IMG/VR virus record: IMGVR_UViG_3300026516_000178
Length of the DNA stretch: 64,000 nucleotides
Origin: a virus
Reading direction: 5' to 3' (one strand)
This document shows, piece after piece, positions 1 to 7,482 of this stretch. The notes below the pieces were generated by a model. That model saw nothing but the letters and a program-made list of their open reading frames with translations, was not told the DNA's origin and searched no databases. The position numbers and the translations under genes are program-made. Every line of letters starts with the position of its first letter. Position 1 is the stretch's first letter.

Positions 1-1
1 C

Positions 2-955
2 CTGCACGCGCGCTGGGCCGACCTCTACGGCCAGCAGGTGATGGAGGTTTGCTGGGACGAGGGCGCGTTCTTTGATGGCTCACGCTACGAGCTGGCCTAC
101 GATGGCGAGCTCTGGCAGGAGCGCGTGATCCGTCCCGGGGATGCGCGCGTGCTGTTCACCGACGAAGCCGGCCGCATGATCCTGGAAGAGGCCGAGCCGC
201 AGTTCTACGTCAAAGGTCTCTGGATCGGCCCCGCGCGGCCCTATGGCGCGTCCTGCGCCTTCGGCTACAACCTCAACCTCAAGCTGGCCGAGGACCGCCA
301 GCTGGCCGACGCCTGGCAAGCTAGCCGGGAGATCGGCCGGCTGTGGGCCAACGTCGCGGACCAAGAGCTGCTTGCCCGCTTCTGGCAGGCCGTGGCTGAC
401 CGGCAGGCCGAGGCGGATACCCACATGGCCTTCCGCGACGTGCAGGCGCCCAAGGCCCAGGCCGCGGCCCTGCGCCAGGCCTTCGGCAGCCGCGCGGTGG
501 TGGCCACCGACGCAGTGACGCAGCGCGAGGCCGAGTACCGCGGCCTGAAGCCTGTGCATCTGCAATGGGGCCTGGAAGAGACAGCCAAGGAGATCATCAG
601 CACCGACCGCGAGGAGCTGGCCGCGTTGTCGGGCCGGGCGTCCACCCTTTATCCCAAGAGCCGGCTGAGCGCGGCGCAGCGCCGGGTGTTGGACCTGGTG
701 CGGCGACTGTCGCAGCGGGCCGGCATCCAGCATGAGGTGCAGCCCTACATGCTGCCGCCCAGCATCCTGGGCCAGGCGCTGGAAGGCCGCATTGCGCTGG
801 ACATCTCGGTGCTGGACGACCTCAAGGAAGCTGTCGCCACCTGGCTGCACGAGGCCGCGCACGTCGAGTACGGCACCGACGATGCCACGGCCGCGCACGT
901 GGACGCAGTGGCCCAGGTGGCTGCGCGCGTGATCGTCAGCTACGCCGCGCGCTAG
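2..955 (+). CDS. Partial protein with C-terminal HEXXH zincin-like motif (5' end outside window)
   Basis: Frame open from base 2; WLHEAAH motif followed by a downstream His. Confidence 0.55.
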   Translation: MHARWADLYGQQVMEVCWDEGAFFDGSRYELAYDGELWQERVIRPGDARVLFTDEAGRMILEEAEPQFYVKGLWIGPARPYGASCAFGYNLNLKLAEDRQLADAWQASREIGRLWANVADQELLARFWQAVADRQAEADTHMAFRDVQAPKAQAAALRQAFGSRAVVATDAVTQREAEYRGLKPVHLQWGLEETAKEIISTDREELAALSGRASTLYPKSRLSAAQRRVLDLVRRLSQRAGIQHEVQPYMLPPSILGQALEGRIALDISVLDDLKEAVATWLHEAAHVEYGTDDATAAHVDAVAQVAARVIVSYAAR

Positions 956-959
956 ATCG

Positions 960-996
960 CGGAACCCTTGGGTTGAGCTTGTCGAAACCGGTTCCG
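960..996 (+). repeat. CGGAAC...GTTCCG palindrome with one internal GGTTGAGCTTGTCGAAAC module
   Basis: CGGAACCCTTGGGTTGAGCTTGTCGAAACCGGTTCCG, intergenic. Confidence 0.95.
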
Positions 997-1023
997 GGAT
1001 GAGAAAACCATTCCCAAGTTGCC

Positions 1024-1446
1024 ATGAAGAGCCTGAACGACCTGCGTGCGCAGCACGGATGGTTTACCTTCCCGGAAGGTGAGGAACTGCACGTGGCCAT
1101 CGATCGCATCAACGAGCGTATCAAGCGCCTGATGCCATCCAGCGACCTGGCCGGCTTCAAGGGCCGCCTGATCCGGGCTGCACGGCTGGACCTGGCCGGC
1201 TACGCGCTCTCGGACGGCGAGGGATACCGGCGCCGGGTGCGTTCCTTCGACGAGCTGCCGCGCGCCGAGCTGGCCTTCGTCGAGTCCTGGCTGCTGCAGG
1301 CGGACTTGAGAGAGGAACTGGCCCGGCTGGGCTGGCTGCCACAGCCGACGCCTGAGCGCATCGCCCGGCTGTTGAAAGAAGACCCTGATATCCCGCTGCG
1401 CACGCGCGACAAGCTGCTGGAAAGGTATGTGTCCCATGACGCGTGA
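1024..1446 (+). CDS. Hypothetical phage protein
   Basis: 140-aa ORF in the + strand gene run, overlaps next start. Confidence 0.6.
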   Translation: MKSLNDLRAQHGWFTFPEGEELHVAIDRINERIKRLMPSSDLAGFKGRLIRAARLDLAGYALSDGEGYRRRVRSFDELPRAELAFVESWLLQADLREELARLGWLPQPTPERIARLLKEDPDIPLRTRDKLLERYVSHDA

Positions 1447-2461
1447 GATCGTGCTATCCGGCTCGGTGCAGGACATGCGCCAGCAGACGGCGACCATCGC
1501 CACCCTGGGCCTGATCACAGACAGCTGTTTCCTCAGCCCTGAGTGCGGCCGGCACGGCCACTGTCGCCAGCGTGCCTTGGAACTGCTGGCGCTGGACGCG
1601 ACCGCTGACGATGGGACCATCGAGCGAGCCATCCAGGCCCAGCCGGCCTTCTTCTACGCCTTCTACTGCCAGGGCGCGGCCGCAGTCTGTGCAGCCTGCG
1701 GCGAGCTGATCGAGCCGGGCCAGCCAGCCTGCCCTAACTGCGGCCTTGCCCTGGAGGAGCCGCTGGGAATGCTGGCCAGGCCTGAATGGGAGCGGCGGCT
1801 GACCACGCGCGGGCTGGAGGTGGCCATCGCCACCCGCCTGGTGGTGGACGAGCTCTTGATGGTCACCATCTTCCGCAGCGTGCGCCTCTTGGTGCTGCGC
1901 AACCTGGCCAACCAGTCCGATCAGGACAGCTGGGAAATGCGGGCGCGAGAGATCCGGGAGATGGTGCTGGACGCCTGGCCAGAAGGCAGCAAGCCCGGTC
2001 GCGACACCTGGGAGTTTCGCTTCATCCGCACTTGCGCGGTCTTCTGGCTGGTGGCCTGGCCCATGCTCAAGGGCAGGTTCACGCTTGAAGAGATCGACGG
2101 CTGGAGCACCAAGCTGGTGCGTGCGGTGGCCGTCAGCAGCCAGCGCTGGGCCGACGCTGAGGCCGCCTCGGAAGACTACGCGGCCGCGGTCGAGGCGATC
2201 CTGGCCACTACCGGCATCAACAAGGAACAGGCGATCCTGGCCCTGGCGCCCACGAATACAGCGCGCGAGCAGCGCCCTGAGCCAGGCAAGGTGGTGATCC
2301 ACCCGCCGGAGCTGGTCTACGAGCGGGCCAAGCGCGCCTACTCGAAGTTCGGCGATCCCTGGCTGGTGATCTGGCTGGACCCGGCAGAGGACAGGATGCT
2401 GGTGGAAAATGGCATCCCTCTGGACGACCCCGGCGACCTTGCCAGCAGGTTCAGCGTGTAG
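1436..2461 (+). CDS. Hypothetical protein with zinc ribbon
   Basis: CxxC-x9-CxxC motif (CAACG...CPNCG). Confidence 0.65.
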   Translation: MTREIVLSGSVQDMRQQTATIATLGLITDSCFLSPECGRHGHCRQRALELLALDATADDGTIERAIQAQPAFFYAFYCQGAAAVCAACGELIEPGQPACPNCGLALEEPLGMLARPEWERRLTTRGLEVAIATRLVVDELLMVTIFRSVRLLVLRNLANQSDQDSWEMRAREIREMVLDAWPEGSKPGRDTWEFRFIRTCAVFWLVAWPMLKGRFTLEEIDGWSTKLVRAVAVSSQRWADAEAASEDYAAAVEAILATTGINKEQAILALAPTNTAREQRPEPGKVVIHPPELVYERAKRAYSKFGDPWLVIWLDPAEDRMLVENGIPLDDPGDLASRFSV

Positions 2462-2476
2462 GAAGGAAGGTAATCC

Positions 2477-2650
2477 ATGCCCAAAGAGAAGACATCCGCT
2501 CCCAACACGCGCGTCATGCGCTGCACCTGCCAGCACGCCTTTCAGGACGAGCGCTATGGCCAGAACATGCGGGTCCACAACGCGATGCGCAAGCCCAAGC
2601 CGGGCTGGCGCTGCACAGTCTGCCTGAAGACCAAGGAGGACGCGGCGTGA
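2477..2650 (+). CDS. Small Cys/His-rich protein (57 aa; not in ORF track)
   Basis: Own translation MPKEKTSAPNTRVMRCTCQH...WRCTVC; GGAAGG RBS; GTGA overlap with next gene. Confidence 0.6.
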   Translation: MPKEKTSAPNTRVMRCTCQHAFQDERYGQNMRVHNAMRKPKPGWRCTVCLKTKEDAA

Positions 2651-2883
2651 TCATTCCCTACTCTGCCTATGCCCGCCAGGGCCCTGAACTGCTAGGGCCG
2701 GGCGATTCGGTCATCATCAAGGTCTGCGCCACCAAGGGCAGCGATGCCGACTGGGCGGCCTACAAGGGCTTTTCGTACTGGAGCGACGAAGAAGTCCTCG
2801 CCAGCGGCGACAAGCTGCCGGAAGCGGCGGCCGTGGCCCTCTTTCCCAGCTTTGCCTGGGCTGGACTGGTGTATCGAGCCTAG
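2647..2883 (+). CDS. Hypothetical phage protein
   Basis: 78-aa ORF coupled to upstream gene. Confidence 0.55.
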   Translation: MIIPYSAYARQGPELLGPGDSVIIKVCATKGSDADWAAYKGFSYWSDEEVLASGDKLPEAAAVALFPSFAWAGLVYRA

Positions 2884-2885
2884 CC

Positions 2886-2923
2886 CGGAACCCTTGGGTT
2901 GAGCCTGTCGAAACACGGTTCCG
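2886..2923 (+). repeat. CGGAAC...GTTCCG palindrome with one internal module
   Basis: CGGAACCCTTGGGTTGAGCCTGTCGAAACACGGTTCCG, intergenic. Confidence 0.95.
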
Positions 2924-2942
2924 CGCATTGAAGAACGCGTCC

Positions 2943-3212
2943 ATGACCATCAAGTGCTCTCTCTGCGGACAGCAGTGGCCGCGCGATCCCGCCCTGGAAG
3001 TCGAGTGCCCGGTGTGCCGCGCGGCCGTCGGCACGCCATGCAAGCGTCCTAGCGGCCACGAGACGTACGGCAGCCAGCCGCACCCGGATCGGGACCGGCT
3101 GGCGATGGAGGTCGTGCCCGGCTACGGACGCTGCGCGGCTGCAGCCGCCGCACCCAACAAAAACCCGGATGGCTGGGTGCAGCCTCTGTTGTTTTCGGAA
3201 CCTTCAGGTTGA
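2943..3212 (+). CDS. Small zinc-finger protein
   Basis: CxxC, CPxC-x7-C and HxxR pattern. Confidence 0.6.
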   Translation: MTIKCSLCGQQWPRDPALEVECPVCRAAVGTPCKRPSGHETYGSQPHPDRDRLAMEVVPGYGRCAAAAAAPNKNPDGWVQPLLFSEPSG

Positions 3213-3232
3213 GCTTGTCGAACCCGGTTCCG
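3196..3232 (+). repeat. CGGAAC...GTTCCG palindrome with one internal module
   Basis: CGGAACCTTCAGGTTGAGCTTGTCGAACCCGGTTCCG; arms extend to TTT/AAA; supplies the stop codon of the upstream ORF. Confidence 0.95.
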
Positions 3233-3250
3233 AAAGGTAAGGATGCCCGA

Positions 3251-3904
3251 ATGTTTGAGGAACTGACACTGAAGGAACTCGAAGGGACGCCCTGCTTCGT
3301 CTGTGGCGAGCCCATGTGGGGCTTCGACTACCATCGCTGTCTCACACCCGACTGTCTGGCAGAGCTCATCCGTCTGGATGTCGGCCGCGCAGATCGATAC
3401 CCGCGGACGCACAACTTGTGCCATCCAGCATGCCATTCAGGCTGCTGCTACGAATGTAACCCTGACCTGCGAGCAACGCTGCCAGTTGCTCTCGATGCGC
3501 CAAATCGGCGCCTGCGATCCACGGATGGAAAGCCCATCTTAACCACACCCGAAAGGAAGTCTCCCATGCCCGACAAACCAATTGCCGACATGCTCAAGGA
3601 AGGAGCAGCCCGGCTGGAGGAAGGCCAGGTGCGAGTGATTGTGCTCGGCTCGGTCGCCACCGCCTACCACAAGAGCCTGTTCGCGCCCATCATCCGGGAA
3701 GAGCAGCTGAGAAGCGTGCAGGCTGCGATCGCGCTCAGCCTGGTAGCCATGTATCCCAGCCTGCTGCTGGAAGACCCGAACCCGCTGCTTGGCGCCATCG
3801 AGATGGCCATGATCGTAGGCTTGCTGGCGGGCAGCCGGCACGCGCTGGCCATCCCACCTGAGCTGGCCTCGCTGGTGCAGTCCATGCTTGAGGCGCAAGT
3901 ATGA
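3251..3904 (+). CDS. Hypothetical protein, Cys-rich N-terminus and hydrophobic C-terminus (possible internal start at 3566)
   Basis: ORF with several CxxC motifs; second RBS-like GAAAGGAAG before MPDKP. Confidence 0.5.
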   Translation: MFEELTLKELEGTPCFVCGEPMWGFDYHRCLTPDCLAELIRLDVGRADRYPRTHNLCHPACHSGCCYECNPDLRATLPVALDAPNRRLRSTDGKPILTTPERKSPMPDKPIADMLKEGAARLEEGQVRVIVLGSVATAYHKSLFAPIIREEQLRSVQAAIALSLVAMYPSLLLEDPNPLLGAIEMAMIVGLLAGSRHALAIPPELASLVQSMLEAQV

Positions 3905-4221
3905 GTACGCCTCTGATCATCATCGAAGGCTTCAACCCGCTGCGCCTGACGCTGCCGGCAGAGATGCAGCTGACCGATCAAGTTCGCGTGCGCTTGCCGC
4001 CCGTGCATGTCAAGCTGCTCGATCTTAGTATGGGCGGCCTCATCCCTGACGGTCCACACATCGGCATGGACGCGCCCATGACTGAACTGATCATCACGTT
4101 GGCTGAGCCTGCGACTGTGGGCAACATCTTCGACGCCATCGCCGGCAACATCGACACCTGGCGCGATCTGTGGCTGGCCTCGCAGCAGGCGCTGGACAAG
4201 TGCGGCCCGATCCTGGGCTAA
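3901..4221 (+). CDS. Hypothetical phage protein
   Basis: ATGA overlap with upstream gene. Confidence 0.55.
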   Translation: MSTPLIIIEGFNPLRLTLPAEMQLTDQVRVRLPPVHVKLLDLSMGGLIPDGPHIGMDAPMTELIITLAEPATVGNIFDAIAGNIDTWRDLWLASQQALDKCGPILG

Positions 4222-4259
4222 GCTCGCATCCCAATCTACCCACCTGAAAGGAAAATCCC

Positions 4260-4451
4260 ATGTACCGACCAACCTATACCATGGCCCGCGACGAGGCAGA
4301 GATCGACGACGTACTCAACAAGTGCGCCGACGCCGAGGACGAGGGCCGATCCCAGTATCCTGGCATGACCTACGAGCAGGGCGTGCGCATCGGCATCGAG
4401 TGGCTGCTGGGCATGACCGGCGAGTCGCCCTTCGAGGGCGATGAAGGATAG
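4260..4451 (+). CDS. Small acidic hypothetical phage protein
   Basis: 63-aa ORF, GAAAGGA RBS. Confidence 0.6.
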   Translation: MYRPTYTMARDEAEIDDVLNKCADAEDEGRSQYPGMTYEQGVRIGIEWLLGMTGESPFEGDEG

Positions 4452-4526
4452 GGCGCGCAGCCTGGTCCTGGTGGTAGCGCCCTGGCGGGCGCATCCTTGG
4501 CAAACTTCAGCCAAGGAGAACCAACC

Positions 4527-5483
4527 ATGAAGACCAAGACCATCGGACAGCTCTGCCGCCGCGCCATGGAAAGCTGGGTGGCGTCCCTGCCCCAAGAGCT
4601 GCAACAGCCCGTGACCGACGACCTGATCCTGACCGGCGGCAGCATCGCATCGCTCTTCCTCGGCGAGCCGGTCAACGACTGGGACGTCTACTTCCGCAGC
4701 CGCGCGACCGCCAAGGCCGTGGCCGAGCACTACGTGGGCCTGTTCGTCGCTCAGCCGCCGCCCGCCCTGGAGGGCAATCCGCTGCTCAAGCAGGTACAGG
4801 TGGTCGACCGCATCGACCGGGTGGCCGTCATGGTCAAGAGCGCGGGCATCCTGACCGAGCACTCCGGCGACGGAACCTACCACTACTTCGAGGCCCTGAC
4901 CGACAGCGAACCTGACCGGGCCGAGCAGTATGCCCAGGTGATCTTCGGCGGCGTGGACGGCCGCACCAGCTACGCTGCCGACAAGGACTACTGGCCCTGC
5001 GTCCTCACCGGCAACGCCATCACCCTGTTGCGCCAGAATCGCAAGCTCACGCCTGTGCAGATGATCCTGCGCTTCACCGGCGACCCGGCCGAGATCCACA
5101 AGAACTTCGACTGGGCGCACGCCACCAACTACTGGACCTTCCAGGGCGGGCTGGTGACGCGGGCCGATGCCCTGGAGTGCCTGCTGGCGCGCGAGCTGCG
5201 CTATATCGGCTCGCAGTACCCACTGGCAGCGCTGCTGCGGGCCTTCAAGTTCGTGCAGCGCGGCTTCACCCGGCCTCACGCCGGCCACCTGCTGGTGCTG
5301 GCTTTGCAGCTGGCCAAGCTGGACTGGGACGACCCGCGTGTCTGGGAAGAGCAGCTGACCGGTGTGGACTTCGCCTACTTCCGCGAGATCATCGCGCGCA
5401 TCCGCACCTTGCTGAAGGAAGGCAAAGGCATGCAGGAGATCATCTCGACCTACCTGGCGCAGATCGTCGAGGAGACCATTTGA
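4527..5483 (+). CDS. Phage nucleotidyltransferase (Pol-beta superfamily, CCA/poly(A)-polymerase-like head)
   Basis: ILTGGSI...NDWDVYF (GG + DxD), later NFDW; AAGGAG RBS. Confidence 0.7.
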   Translation: MKTKTIGQLCRRAMESWVASLPQELQQPVTDDLILTGGSIASLFLGEPVNDWDVYFRSRATAKAVAEHYVGLFVAQPPPALEGNPLLKQVQVVDRIDRVAVMVKSAGILTEHSGDGTYHYFEALTDSEPDRAEQYAQVIFGGVDGRTSYAADKDYWPCVLTGNAITLLRQNRKLTPVQMILRFTGDPAEIHKNFDWAHATNYWTFQGGLVTRADALECLLARELRYIGSQYPLAALLRAFKFVQRGFTRPHAGHLLVLALQLAKLDWDDPRVWEEQLTGVDFAYFREIIARIRTLLKEGKGMQEIISTYLAQIVEETI

Positions 5484-5854
5484 TGTTAGCCCTGAACGAC
5501 CGGCAGCAGGCCATCCTGGCCTTCATCCAAGAGCACATCGCCAGCAAAGGCTATGCGCCCAGCGTGCGAGACATCCATGCCCTGGGCCTGTGCGCCTTGC
5601 ATACCCTGACCAGGGATCTCGTCCGCCTGACTGAAGCGGGCGCCATCCAGCGCGATCCCGGCGTGGCGCGCGGCATCCGCCTGCCGGAGGCTGCGAACCA
5701 GACGACAGGGCAGCTGCGCGCCCTGGTCGCGGCCTGGGAGGCCCTACGCCCTGACATGGACATCGCCCGCAGCCAGGCCGCGGCGAACATGGACCGGCAG
5801 GTAGGGCTGGCCCGAGAGCTGCTTCATGAGCGACGCGATCACGCCTACAGGTAA
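5483..5854 (+). CDS. LexA-type winged-helix DNA-binding protein lacking the peptidase domain
   Basis: LNDRQQAILAFI...GYAPSVRDI...L...GAIQRDPGVARGI matches the LexA N-terminal domain; TGATG coupling. Confidence 0.8.
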   Translation: MLALNDRQQAILAFIQEHIASKGYAPSVRDIHALGLCALHTLTRDLVRLTEAGAIQRDPGVARGIRLPEAANQTTGQLRALVAAWEALRPDMDIARSQAAANMDRQVGLARELLHERRDHAYR

Positions 5855-6053
5855 GGAGCGGCTGTTCATCCTGGACAACGTCAGCTCGGAGGAGCTGATG
5901 GCCATGGAACTGCCCTCCTGTCCCTTCTGCGGCGCAGCGCTGCGGCCCACGGCCATACGGGCCGGGCTGAACGCCTTTGTCGCCAGCGTGACCTGCACTA
6001 CCTGTCTGTGTGCCTTCCGCGCGCGCGACACCTTCTCCTTTGCGGAGCGCTGA
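5826..6053 (+). CDS. Small zinc-ribbon protein (Lar-like CPFCG)
   Basis: LPSCPFCG...VTCTTC. Confidence 0.5.
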   Translation: MSDAITPTGKERLFILDNVSSEELMAMELPSCPFCGAALRPTAIRAGLNAFVASVTCTTCLCAFRARDTFSFAER

Positions 6054-6297
6054 GGAGCTGCCAGGACCAGGATGCCGCGCCGGACGCGTTCAGCGCCGCG
6101 CTGAGAGCCGCCATCGAAGGAGCTTTCTATGACGCCCAAAGTCCCTGACACCCTGCCCACCCGCTTACGCTACCGCTGGTATCGGCTGCGCGTCGGCCGA
6201 TGCGACATTCCCATGACCTATGGGATGTTTCGACAAGTCCTGTGGGCAAACACACACAAGCAGTGAGCCTGCTTGAGATGTATCAGGAGGAACATCC

Positions 6298-7473
6298 ATG
6301 AGCCACATCTACGTTCGCCTCGTCTTGAAGACCACGCTGCCGCGGCCCAAGAAACTCGTCTGTGTCGCCATTGCCCACCACGTAGACGATTTCGGTGAAG
6401 GCTGCTACGCGTCATACAGCACCTTGGCTGAGGAAACCAGCTATGAAGAGCGCCAGGTGATGCGCATCGTGGCCGAGTTGAAGCGGGATGGGATCATCGT
6501 CTATGAAGGCAAGCATCCGCAGTACGCCACCAATGTCTGGAACATCGACAAGGACAAGCTGCCACAGCTTCCCGCGCGCCAAACTGAGCGCGCGCGGGAA
6601 GCTGTGGTGCAGTCTCCCAGTGACGAGAGCGAGCCAGAGGATGTGAAGCAGCCTCCCAGCGACGAGAACGAACTGGATGACTCGGCGATCGAGGCGTTCT
6701 GGGCTTCGATCGCCGAGCGGGTTCCAGGAAATGTCACCTCTGGCGGTGGCCGATCCGATGTAGTCTCTGGGAGTGACATTTCGGATGTCACCTCTGCTGC
6801 TGCTACTTCAGATGTCACCCCTGGGAGTGACATTTCGGGCCAGGAGGAGGTGACATTGGGAGGTTTTGGGCCGGACGAAATGTCACCCTATCAGTCCTTT
6901 TCAGAGAAAGGGAGTGATAAAGAGGAGAAGAAAGGTCCAGGCGGCAAGCAAGCTCTGCCGCCTGCGATGGATGCGCGCGTCAATCCTGCCGCCAAAACCA
7001 GAGTCTTACGCGAACGCGCGGACTCTGGAACATACCCGAACAACCCTGATGACATTCGCGCGCGCGATCAACCAGAAACTGCATTGCAGACAAAGATCGC
7101 GCAGCTCACCAATTCCAGGTATCTCTCCGCTAGCATAAAGGCGAGGTTGCGAAGCACCGTGTCCGTGGCGTGGGGCGACAGCAAGCTGCCTGTCACCCGT
7201 CCCAGCCCTGAAGACGAATGGGCGGCGCACCCGGAGCTGTTCGCCGAGTACGTCGAGCTGTGCGCGCGGCGCATCCGCGAGGAGAGCGGCCAGCCGCCGT
7301 CCAGGGACAAGTTGGTGCAGTCGGTTCGCAACTACGCCCGATACAACACCGGCTGGCTGGACTTCAGGAAGGCCGCGCAGGAAGAGAGGCGGCAAGCCCA
7401 ACAGCGCGCCCACCCATCAGCCAAGCAGAACCAGTGGTACTACGATCCCAGCAAGCCTGATTGGATGCAATAG
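6298..7473 (+). CDS. Phage replication initiator (N-terminal wHTH, lambda-O-like layout)
   Basis: CYASYSTLAEET...RQVMRIVAELKRDGII HTH; central iteron region; CAGGAGG RBS. Confidence 0.75.
   Translation: MSHIYVRLVLKTTLPRPKKLVCVAIAHHVDDFGEGCYASYSTLAEETSYEERQVMRIVAELKRDGIIVYEGKHPQYATNVWNIDKDKLPQLPARQTERAREAVVQSPSDESEPEDVKQPPSDENELDDSAIEAFWASIAERVPGNVTSGGGRSDVVSGSDISDVTSAAATSDVTPGSDISGQEEVTLGGFGPDEMSPYQSFSEKGSDKEEKKGPGGKQALPPAMDARVNPAAKTRVLRERADSGTYPNNPDDIRARDQPETALQTKIAQLTNSRYLSASIKARLRSTVSVAWGDSKLPVTRPSPEDEWAAHPELFAEYVELCARRIREESGQPPSRDKLVQSVRNYARYNTGWLDFRKAAQEERRQAQQRAHPSAKQNQWYYDPSKPDWMQ
6728..6890. promoter_or_regulatory. Putative replication origin: iterons inside the initiator gene
   Basis: ATGTCAC at 6731, 6785, 6812, 6880 and GTGACAT at 6773, 6827, 6850, followed by an A/G-rich tract. 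Confidence 0.7.
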
Positions 7474-7482
7474 AGAGGCACG

